A stretch of DNA of 64,000 bases from a virus: IMG/VR virus record IMGVR_UViG_3300042939_000511, positions 1-64,000 of that record; one strand, written 5' to 3'. A program made the position numbers and the translations under genes. The notes under the pieces are model-generated. The model saw only the letters and a program-made list of their open reading frames with translations. It ran no database searches and was not told where the DNA came from. Below, in pieces: positions 16,978 to 24,086 of the stretch (the first letter of the stretch is position 1; each line of letters opens with the position of its first letter).

Positions 16978-17173
16978 ATTTTTACACCCATCAGTTCACA
17001 CCTCATGTCAGTGCATGAGTTAGTGTGTTCTTGTGTCATCTCTCTCCTTAGTGTTTGCTCTCTCTCTTTATAGGAGAAGCATGAGAGCGCCCGGTTTTTG
17101 TACAGTGCGCCCCAAAATGACAAAACCCCCAGGGGGGTACCTGAGGGTTGCTTAGAGGGAGGGGGTGTCTTTG

Positions 17174-17386
17174 TTAATTGGTAGTTGTCATCATGACGTC
17201 TTTCTCTGCTGAGATTTCTACCTCATAGTGCCAGGTCTCATCTGTTTCCTGGCAGAGTCTATACATGATGGGTGCTGTGCTGTCACCAGCCAGTTGCATG
17301 GCGTTGACAAGTCTTGGGAGTTGCATGGTGTCAGACTTTAGGTAGACGATCTGGCCAAAATCAAAGTTGTTGTGCAAGCGTATCAT
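17174..17386 (-). CDS. hypothetical protein
   Basis: 70-aa ORF. Confidence 0.4.
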   Translation of the reverse strand: MIRLHNNFDFGQIVYLKSDTMQLPRLVNAMQLAGDSTAPIMYRLCQETDETWHYEVEISAEKDVMMTTTN

Positions 17387-17404
17387 AGTGTCAGTTTATT
17401 TGGG

Positions 17405-18052
17405 TTAGTTGTACTCAAAGTCAAGGATCTTTCCTACCAGGTCAGAGCGGTGGTTCTCTTTAAGCTTGATCCACTTGATTTCAGGGATCTTCTTGCTCAG
17501 TTCTATGGCATAGGACAATCCGTTGTAATCGTCTCTGATGTCTTTTTGCTCATTGTCACCATTGACAATGATCTTGCCTGTTTTGCCCAGGCGTGTCAGA
17601 ATGGCCAGCATCTGCGCCTTGCTCAGGTTCTGTGCTTCTTCTACTACTAAGACATCATCAATAGTCTTTCCTCTAATGAACTGCACAGGATAGGCCACGA
17701 TCTGTTTGCTTTTGACCATCTCCTGAATCTTGGCTTTTTCATAGCACTTTTCCAAGTTCTCTACAAAAGCCTCCAAGTAAGGGTTAAACTTTTCATCTAG
17801 TGATCCTGGTAACAAGCCCATGGTGGCACCCACCTCAATGGTAGCGCGCGTCACATAGATATTATCGCATTCTTTTTTGAATAAGAAGTCTAGGGCTGTT
17901 TGTGCAGAGACTAATGACTTGCCTGAACCTGCGCGCCCTGTGACAATCACTATCTGGTTTTCTCTTATTAAACGCTTGGCATCTCTTTGCTCTTCGTTAA
18001 GCTCTACTAAATACTTGATTTCTGTCTTGCGTGATCTATTGGCGTCTCTCAT
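17405..18052 (-). CDS. phoH: PhoH-like ATPase
   Basis: IVIVTGRAGSGKSLVSAQTAL (Walker A), VTRATIEVGATMGLLPGSLDEKFNPYL, VVEEAQNLS, ILTRLGKTGKIIVNGDNEQKD and ENHRSDLV all match conserved PhoH blocks. Confidence 0.85.
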   Translation of the reverse strand: MRDANRSRKTEIKYLVELNEEQRDAKRLIRENQIVIVTGRAGSGKSLVSAQTALDFLFKKECDNIYVTRATIEVGATMGLLPGSLDEKFNPYLEAFVENLEKCYEKAKIQEMVKSKQIVAYPVQFIRGKTIDDVLVVEEAQNLSKAQMLAILTRLGKTGKIIVNGDNEQKDIRDDYNGLSYAIELSKKIPEIKWIKLKENHRSDLVGKILDFEYN

Positions 18053-18064
18053 AGTGGGGGTTCA

Positions 18065-18328
18065 CTATAAGTTAATAATAAAATCTGTAAGTATATCACT
18101 TGTGAATAACCCAAGCAGACTACCTGCGGTAGCGCCTAAAGAGTACAACACCCTATCAGTTATGGTGCCAAAGACAATCTTCTTGATGTTGTAAGACCAG
18201 ACCATAGAGATCATAAAGGCTGCAAAGAAAACCCCTACATAGAGCTCTTTGCTTAAAAAGACTGTGTTAATGGCCACAAAGTAGACCTGCACCACGCCGG
18301 TCATAAACAGTTTCATCCAGGTTTTCAT
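18065..18328 (-). CDS. small membrane protein
   Basis: 87 aa, three hydrophobic segments. Confidence 0.5.
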   Translation of the reverse strand: MKTWMKLFMTGVVQVYFVAINTVFLSKELYVGVFFAAFMISMVWSYNIKKIVFGTITDRVLYSLGATAGSLLGLFTSDILTDFIINL

Positions 18329-18789
18329 TTTCTTCTTGGCAGCCAGACCACGTCAAGCTCTTGTTTAGGGATATTAAACTCAATGCGTTTTTCAGCACAG
18401 CTTTTACAGCAGGTTACAATCCAGCCTTTGGTCCAGGTGCCTACATTATCTGTTGACCCACAGGTCTCACAGGTGTTTTCAGACTCATCTTCTGCAGCTT
18501 CTATCGCATCCCAGTTCTTGTTTAGTGTTCCACCCAAAGGATAGAATCTCAAGCTGCCATACTTTTCTTTGATGTCAGAAACCTTTGTCACCACTTTGGT
18601 TCCATTTTCAAGGTTGTACTGGTCGTCGTTTTCCTTTATGGTAGTGACCAGGCGCTTTATGATGGGGTACCAACCCAGGTCTACACCTAAACCTGCTGAC
18701 CAGGGGGTGTAGTTGGGATCTGTGCCCTGGAACATTTCAGGGTAAATCTTAATGATCTCAGCTGTTAGTCGCTTGGTTTCTGTTTCCAT
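18325..18789 (-). CDS. hypothetical protein with C-terminal CxxC..CxxC
   Basis: 154 aa. CETCGS...CCKSC. Confidence 0.5.
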   Translation of the reverse strand: METETKRLTAEIIKIYPEMFQGTDPNYTPWSAGLGVDLGWYPIIKRLVTTIKENDDQYNLENGTKVVTKVSDIKEKYGSLRFYPLGGTLNKNWDAIEAAEDESENTCETCGSTDNVGTWTKGWIVTCCKSCAEKRIEFNIPKQELDVVWLPRRK

Positions 18790-19211
18790 TGCAGCAGGTA
18801 GTTAGAGTTTTTGGTAGAGAATTTTATTGAGTTGGGGTTCTGTTCAGTGATTTTGACAATTTGGGTGGTCATCCAGGTGAAGAACCTACCGTATTGAGGG
18901 TCCAGAATCAAAGATCTCCCTTCAGCTGCCTGGTCATGACCTTTTTCAAAGGTGCCGTCCTCGTTCCACTCAATAAACTTGATCTCTTTTGCAGTCAGTG
19001 TCAGGCCATCTTCTGCGCGAACCAACATGTAGTCAGGTACTTCTATACTAGGTTTGCACTCTTCACAGTATTGTGGTCCTATGGCACCTTCCCCTTGGGA
19101 TGCTGCCAGTTCATCTAAAGTGAACTCATGACCTTTTTTGACAACCTTTCTGCACTTGGAGCACAGCAGCGCCATGTTGCCACTATTGAACTTAAAGATG
19201 GCTTTTTTCAT
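18765..19211 (-). CDS. zinc-ribbon hypothetical protein
   Basis: 148 aa. CSKCRK...CEEC. Confidence 0.5.
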   Translation of the reverse strand: MKKAIFKFNSGNMALLCSKCRKVVKKGHEFTLDELAASQGEGAIGPQYCEECKPSIEVPDYMLVRAEDGLTLTAKEIKFIEWNEDGTFEKGHDQAAEGRSLILDPQYGRFFTWMTTQIVKITEQNPNSIKFSTKNSNYLLQWKQKPSD

Positions 19212-19693
19212 TTCCAGTGATTGTTGTCTCTTTCAAAGTAAAACTCTAATGGTTCAACGTTGTGGTCATAGTAAAAACCTACCACATCGCTTTGAAACTT
19301 GCTGTGTACGTTCTCAAACAAAGCTGCTGTGACTACTTTGAAGCCCATGTCAATAAGGTGGTTGGCAAAAAAGTTATAGTTACCACCGGTGATTACCCCT
19401 GCTTCTACCAGGACTACTGTCTCAAAAGGAAAAAACTCAAAGCAGGTGCGGTTGGCAAACTGCTTGCGGTAAGGTTCAGGATCCTCGTCAGGATAAGGCA
19501 CCTCCACACACACTATGTCCAACATTTCTCCTCCCTGACTCAAATGGTGCGCTATGTGCATGGCTGCTGTAGCGCTGTAGTCTGGACTGACCATGGCTAC
19601 TGCTGCTTTGCCTGGCACCAGACCTTCTTTGTTTTGAAGCATCTGGCAGACTTTGACCAGGGCATCCCACTCTTTCTCTCTGGTGACGTACAT
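19208..19693 (-). CDS. hypothetical protein, weak phosphoribosyltransferase-like motif
   Basis: TVVLVEAGVITGGN resembles the PRT-type hhhhDDhhTTGGT loop, but with EA in place of DD. Confidence 0.3.
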   Translation of the reverse strand: MYVTREKEWDALVKVCQMLQNKEGLVPGKAAVAMVSPDYSATAAMHIAHHLSQGGEMLDIVCVEVPYPDEDPEPYRKQFANRTCFEFFPFETVVLVEAGVITGGNYNFFANHLIDMGFKVVTAALFENVHSKFQSDVVGFYYDHNVEPLEFYFERDNNHWK

Positions 19694-19702
19694 AAATCAA
19701 GT

Positions 19703-20077
19703 TTATTTAAGGTGGTTTTTTTGCAGGTACTGGTACAAGGAGCGCACAGAATAACAGATAGGTTTTCCTTTACTGTCATGCGCTCCATAACCATCGTGTT
19801 CTTCAGAAACAACCAGGTTTCCTTCATTGTCCCGATGGTACAAAGGCCCCTTCCACTTTTTCTTGCCCCACTCGTTCTCATAGATAAACCAGCTGATCCA
19901 CTCTAAACCTTCCTCTGTGTAGTAGCAGCCCATGGAACGCATTAGCATCTCTTCAAGGACGCTGCTCAGCTCATAAGGACTTTCTATAAGATTCATGCCT
20001 ATTTTATCCAAAGCCCTAATGTTCTCAGTGCCCTTTTTATAGATGTGCAAAATGCTCTTAAAGTCTTGATACTGCAT
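19703..20077 (-). CDS. hypothetical protein (first leftward gene)
   Basis: 124-aa ORF next to the divergent promoter region. Confidence 0.5.
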   Translation of the reverse strand: MQYQDFKSILHIYKKGTENIRALDKIGMNLIESPYELSSVLEEMLMRSMGCYYTEEGLEWISWFIYENEWGKKKWKGPLYHRDNEGNLVVSEEHDGYGAHDSKGKPICYSVRSLYQYLQKNHLK

Positions 20078-20094
20078 GATGTGGAATAACTTCT

Positions 20095-20148
20095 CTACAA
20101 ATATACAGACAAATTTGTAGAAGTTAAACTTTTGAAGTATATTTGTAG
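20095..20148. promoter_or_regulatory. divergent promoter region: 12-bp inverted repeat CTACAAATATAC / GTATATTTGTAG, each arm a Bacteroidetes-type TAnnTTTG -7 box
   Basis: The inverted repeat is at 20095-20106 and 20137-20148. The leftward arm is about 21 nt from the ATG at 20077. The rightward arm is about 39 nt from the ATG at 20184. A third TTTGTAG occurs at 20113. Confidence 0.45.
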
Positions 20149-20183
20149 TGTAGAAACTCTATAAAATGTAAACCCCAACTCCT

Positions 20184-20405
20184 ATGTCACAAAACCAAGA
20201 AGACAGAGAACCCACCAAAGAAGAGGTAATTGCCTGGTACAAAGAGCAAATTGAGCTGGCAGAGCTGCGCCACAAGCTTGCAGAGCTTCAGAGCAAAGCT
20301 GTACAGGAAGAGGCCAAGCGCCTGCAGGCTATGGCAATCATTGCTCAATTCAAGACTCCTCTAAACAGCAACGAGGATGATGCAGAGTCTGAAAACGCAC
20401 ACTGA
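20184..20405 (+). CDS. coiled-coil hypothetical protein (first rightward gene)
   Basis: 73-aa ORF, K/E/Q-rich. Confidence 0.45.
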   Translation: MSQNQEDREPTKEEVIAWYKEQIELAELRHKLAELQSKAVQEEAKRLQAMAIIAQFKTPLNSNEDDAESENAH

Positions 20406-20419
20406 AAAACCAAATAGCA

Positions 20420-20447
20420 GAAGTTTAACCCCCTTAGATTAAACTTC
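20420..20447 (+). terminator. hairpin GAAGTTTAA-(10)-TTAAACTTC
   Basis: Perfect 9-bp stem after the stop at 20405. The stem is A/U-rich, so strength is uncertain. Confidence 0.3.
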
Positions 20448-20475
20448 TCAGATTTCCATGTTCCTTGAAAACCTA

Positions 20476-20548
20476 GCCACTTTAGCTCAGCTGGTAGAGC
20501 GACTGATTTGTAATCAGTAGGTCGTGGGTTCAATTCCTACAAGTGGCT
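20476..20548 (+). tRNA. tRNA-Thr (anticodon UGU)
   Basis: Full cloverleaf folded by hand: acceptor GCCACTT/AAGTGGC, D-arm GCTC-AGCTGGTA-GAGC, anticodon stem ACTGA/TCAGT with loop TTTGTAA, variable loop AGGTC, T-arm GTGGG-TTCAATT-CCTAC. No encoded CCA. Confidence 0.85.
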
Positions 20549-20577
20549 CTAATTTCTCTTAAACCAACTCCAACCCT

Positions 20578-20868
20578 ATGTCAAAACCCTTTAAAACACT
20601 ACTTGGAACCAGGATCTTGTTAAACAAACCTGACAAACCAGAGTCTGTCATTCAGCTTTCACCGGAAGCAGAAGCTGAACTAGAACGTGAAATGATGCAA
20701 AAGTGGACTATGCTGGAAGTTTTTGCTACAGGTGATGAAGTCACGCATGTAGTTCCTGGCGACAAAGTCTATGTTCCTACCCAATACTTGCAGCATGCAG
20801 ATGTAGTCCAGTTAGATGACAGCATCAAACTCATGATTGCAGAGCGCGACATTGCCATTGTATGGTAA
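20578..20868 (+). CDS. GroES-like co-chaperonin
   Basis: FKTLLGTRILLNK...ATGDEV..VVPGDKVYV..LMIAERDIAIVW aligns with the GroES roof and mobile-loop pattern (..PL.DRVLV.., VGDxVxF, LxxSExDILAIV). Confidence 0.55.
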   Translation: MSKPFKTLLGTRILLNKPDKPESVIQLSPEAEAELEREMMQKWTMLEVFATGDEVTHVVPGDKVYVPTQYLQHADVVQLDDSIKLMIAERDIAIVW

Positions 20869-20902
20869 TTTTTCTGTTTAACCCTCAACCCTCCAAAAAC
20901 CA

Positions 20903-21160
20903 ATGCTTACATTTTTAATCAACCTGTTCAAAGGCAGTTCCACTTTGGCCACCCTTGAACGCAAAAAACTTGACATCCTGAGCACTTTTTATAAGATGTC
21001 CACAGAGCTGAGTGCACTGCATGATGAGCAGATCACCGCCATTAAGAACCTGGAAGTAAGACTTGCAGAGCTGGAAAGTGAAAAACGTGAAGTAGAACAG
21101 ATGGCCCTCAGCACAGAAAAAACTGTTGCTCAGATCTCAAAGATCATAGAGCAATCTTGA
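20903..21160 (+). CDS. coiled-coil hypothetical protein
   Basis: 85-aa ORF. Confidence 0.45.
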   Translation: MLTFLINLFKGSSTLATLERKKLDILSTFYKMSTELSALHDEQITAIKNLEVRLAELESEKREVEQMALSTEKTVAQISKIIEQS

Positions 21161-21166
21161 CAACCA

Positions 21167-21241
21167 TGCGGGCAGCCCTGGTGGCAGTCGTGGCTCATAA
21201 CCACAGATGTGTGGCAGGTTCGACCCCTGCGCCCGCTACCA
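21167..21241 (+). tRNA. tRNA-like element, anticodon CAT (Met/Ile-type), encoded CCA, non-canonical D-arm: possible unusual tRNA or pseudo-tRNA
   Basis: Acceptor TGCGGGC/GCCCGCT (6 bp plus a 1:72 mismatch), A73, CCA at 21239-21241. T-arm GCAGG-TTCGACC-CCTGC. Anticodon hairpin GTGG-CTCATAA-CCAC. However, there is an 8-nt variable region and no acceptable D-stem. Confidence 0.35.
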
Positions 21242-21245
21242 ATGT

Positions 21246-21276
21246 CCAGTTTTTAGTTCAAAAAACTGGACTTTTT
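21246..21276 (+). terminator. Rho-independent terminator CCAGTTTTT-AGTTCA-AAAAACTGG + TTTTT
   Basis: 9-bp stem then ACTTTTTA, 5 nt after the tRNA-like 3' end. Confidence 0.55.
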
Positions 21277-21434
21277 ACAACGCAAATGCCTGTACCTCAC
21301 ACTGATGTAAGCGTAGAAAAGCATGTCCTGGCAGTATGGTGGAACTGCAGCCCACACTCTCGCAAGGGTGTGTGTAACGCGGGGGAATGTTCAGGTGAAA
21401 CTCCTGAGTGTATGGTATCTAATCTTGAAAAACC

Positions 21435-21830
21435 ATGGAAGTAAACAAAGTTCAAAAAAAAATCAGGGTCACACCTTATGACCTTGTCAAATACCAGATA
21501 ATTACCAATTTTATCTTCTTTAAGAAAGAACACCTGATTCCTTCAGACATAGAGATTCTTACAATGCTTGCTCTTTGGGGGCCTGTTGAGCTGAGTAAAT
21601 TTTGCAATGCTGCTGCAAGAAGACTTTATGGATCTGTAGAACTTGAAGAGTTTTCTGTGAGAGCGCAAAACGTGCGCAATCGCATTTCTAAGCTTGAAAA
21701 GCGCAAGATTGTGGTAAAGAGCAAGGATAATAAGAAGCTGATACAAATCACACCCAGCATTGATATCTACCGTAAAGGAAACATTTTACTAGATTATAAC
21801 CTATTGTCCATTGAATCCAACAAAGCGTAA
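21435..21830 (+). CDS. hypothetical protein, possible winged-helix regulator
   Basis: 131 aa. Basic C-terminal half (RISKLEKRKIVVKSKDNKK). Confidence 0.45.
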   Translation: MEVNKVQKKIRVTPYDLVKYQIITNFIFFKKEHLIPSDIEILTMLALWGPVELSKFCNAAARRLYGSVELEEFSVRAQNVRNRISKLEKRKIVVKSKDNKKLIQITPSIDIYRKGNILLDYNLLSIESNKA

Positions 21831-22209
21831 AGAGTTGTCTTTGCTTACAGCAAAGAAACTTGACAGAAATTTTCAAGAGGTTGATGACATTGTTGCTTTC
21901 TTCTATCGCTATGTGCAAAAACGTCTCAGCAGCGTGGAAAGCATTGCTGTAAATGTTCCCAATTTGGGAACTTTTGTGCTTAAAAAAAGGAGGGTTCAAA
22001 AAAAGATTGAGCGCCACAAAAACTTTATAGACAGTCTTGATGAGACTGCTTCTATAAAAGCTTTTGAGATTAAGCAGGATGTTAAAAAAGACATTGAAAA
22101 ATATGAAGCCATCTTAGATATGATGGATCAGGAAGAAGAAAGAAAACTTAAAGTGCAAACCTTAAAAGAAAAACACCATGCTAATCAAGTTGTGGAAGGA
22201 TCGCAATAA
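21811..22209 (+). CDS. hypothetical protein
   Basis: 132-aa ORF. Confidence 0.45.
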   Translation: MNPTKRKELSLLTAKKLDRNFQEVDDIVAFFYRYVQKRLSSVESIAVNVPNLGTFVLKKRRVQKKIERHKNFIDSLDETASIKAFEIKQDVKKDIEKYEAILDMMDQEEERKLKVQTLKEKHHANQVVEGSQ

Positions 22210-22495
22210 GATTTTAGAAGGAGTCGCCAACAGCGTTTTTAAGACAGAACATGTTGAGGAGATTCATGATCACCGCATGGCCATATGCCAGAGTTGTCCA
22301 TTTTTGCAATCAAAAGGCCAAAAGAACTGCGTTGCACCTGGCACTCATCCATGCTGCCCTCAGTGTGGGTGTTCTTTGAAATTTAAGTTGCGTTCTCTCA
22401 CATCTTCATGCCCTGAGGGCTATTGGGATGCTGTCCTCACGCAGGATGAAGAGGATGATGTAAAGAAAAGCATTGATAACCAAAACCCCCTATGA
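22178..22495 (+). CDS. zinc-ribbon protein
   Basis: CQSCPF...CCPQCGC motif. Confidence 0.5.
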   Translation: MLIKLWKDRNKILEGVANSVFKTEHVEEIHDHRMAICQSCPFLQSKGQKNCVAPGTHPCCPQCGCSLKFKLRSLTSSCPEGYWDAVLTQDEEDDVKKSIDNQNPL

Positions 22496-23340
22496 GCATA
22501 CTCTTTGAACCCTCTACACACAGTTACACATCTTTAGACCCTCAGGATACTACTCAATGGGTCAGTGTTACCACCCTTTTGGGCGCACTCAAGCAACCTT
22601 TTGATGGTAAGAATGTCGCCACTAAGAGCGCCACTAACAAGCGCTCCAAGTGGTTTGGCATGACACCAGAGCAGATTCAGCAGATCTGGAAAAAGGAAGC
22701 TGATCGTGCTTGTAATTTAGGCAACTGGTACCATGACCAGCGCGAGCGTGACATTCTGGGCTGCCAGACCATTGTGCGTTATGACAATGAGTTGCCAGTG
22801 ATTCGTCCTATGCAGGATGAGACAGGTAAAAAAATAGCACCTTCTCAGAAACTTATTGACGGTATTTATCCTGAACACATGGTTTACCTGCGCTCTGCAG
22901 GCATCTGTGGACAAAGCGATCTGGTGGAAGTGGCTAATGGCCAGGTGTTTATAACAGACTACAAGACCAATAAAGAGATCAAGACAGAAAGCTTTAAGAA
23001 CTGGGAGGGTGTTTCTCAAAAGATGCACATGCCGGTGTCTCACCTAGATGACTGCAACCTGAACCACTACACGCTGCAGCTCTCTATTTACATGTACATG
23101 ATTCTTAAGCATAATCCTACACTAAAACCAGGCAAGCTTACCATTCATCACATTCTTTTTGAAGAAGAAGACCACAAGGATGAGTATGGATATCCTTTGC
23201 TAAAGACCAATACTGATGGTGATTTTATCATTCGCGACATCGTGCCTTATGAACTGCCCTACCTTAAAGATGAGGTGCTGGCGATCATGACATGGTATAA
23301 AGACAATCAGAATAAGGTGCTTAAAAACAAAAAATCATGA
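22492..23340 (+). CDS. PD-(D/E)XK family nuclease (RecB/Cas4-like exonuclease fold)
   Basis: GQSDLVEVANGQVFITDYKT gives the D...E.(x)n..D-Y-K arrangement of the PD-(D/E)XK motifs II and III. Confidence 0.5.
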   Translation: MSILFEPSTHSYTSLDPQDTTQWVSVTTLLGALKQPFDGKNVATKSATNKRSKWFGMTPEQIQQIWKKEADRACNLGNWYHDQRERDILGCQTIVRYDNELPVIRPMQDETGKKIAPSQKLIDGIYPEHMVYLRSAGICGQSDLVEVANGQVFITDYKTNKEIKTESFKNWEGVSQKMHMPVSHLDDCNLNHYTLQLSIYMYMILKHNPTLKPGKLTIHHILFEEEDHKDEYGYPLLKTNTDGDFIIRDIVPYELPYLKDEVLAIMTWYKDNQNKVLKNKKS

Positions 23341-23852
23341 TCAAGCTATTTGACATAGAAAACGGCAGGATTGTTCCCTCTGAACACTGCTTTACGCTCA
23401 CACTGCTCAAACAGATCATGAAGGACTATCCTGAAGATTACATGGACGTGTATGCGTATCTGTTCTACATGAGCTGTCCCAACCCTGACCTGAACCCTTT
23501 CTTTGACGTTCCTGAAAACGAAAAAGAAGAGCTGATCCTCTCACAGCTTAATGTCACTTTCTCTGTAGAAGACGAGCTAATCTTGCAGGCACTTACTTTT
23601 TGCAAGAAGCTGTATGAAACACCCACCTATCGTGCATTTATGGGCATCAAGCACATGCTGGACCGTCTTGCACGCTACATGGAGACTACCACTATTGAAC
23701 ATGGTCGCGATGGCAACATTAACTCCTTAGTCAATGCAGCTGCTAAGTTTGAGCAGATCCGCCTGTCTTTCAAAGGTGCCTACAAAGACCTTATGGAAGA
23801 GCAGAAGTCTCAGGTTAGAGGTGGACAGCATATTGCATACGACCAGGGTTAA
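23337..23852 (+). CDS. hypothetical protein (position compatible with terminase small subunit)
   Basis: 171 aa, two genes upstream of TerL. No motif. Confidence 0.35.
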   Translation: MIKLFDIENGRIVPSEHCFTLTLLKQIMKDYPEDYMDVYAYLFYMSCPNPDLNPFFDVPENEKEELILSQLNVTFSVEDELILQALTFCKKLYETPTYRAFMGIKHMLDRLARYMETTTIEHGRDGNINSLVNAAAKFEQIRLSFKGAYKDLMEEQKSQVRGGQHIAYDQG

Positions 23853-23870
23853 ACCAAAAACCAAACTATC

Positions 23871-24086
23871 ATGACCGCAGAAATTCTTTACGACTGGGTG
23901 TTTCACTACAACCACTTTGCCAACCAATGGGCAGCCTACCACCGCGATGACCACAAGGCTTACTTCAATGCAGAAACTTCAGTGCATCCCATCTTCAAAC
24001 ACAAGGACATAAAAGTTCTTGTAAAGCACCTTGTCAAAAGCAATGGTGACCCTGCGCTGCTTATGAGTTTTTCCCCTAAAAAATAA
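23871..24086 (+). CDS. hypothetical protein
   Basis: 71 aa. The stop overlaps the TerL start. Confidence 0.4.
   Translation: MTAEILYDWVFHYNHFANQWAAYHRDDHKAYFNAETSVHPIFKHKDIKVLVKHLVKSNGDPALLMSFSPKK

Noticed and set aside
16978-17173. CCCCCAGGGGGG and GCGCCC..GTGCGCCCC strings as a terminator.
   Set aside because: CCCCCAGGGGGG has a 1-nt loop and cannot form a hairpin. The other pair is a direct, not inverted, repeat. It is more likely part of the island's variant upstream motif.
21157-21444. 95-aa ORF (MTTMRAALVAVVAHNH...) overlapping the tRNA-like element and terminator.
   Set aside because: Its 5' third is the tRNA-like structure and the intrinsic terminator hairpin. A structured RNA plus a noncoding leader of the next gene explains the sequence better.
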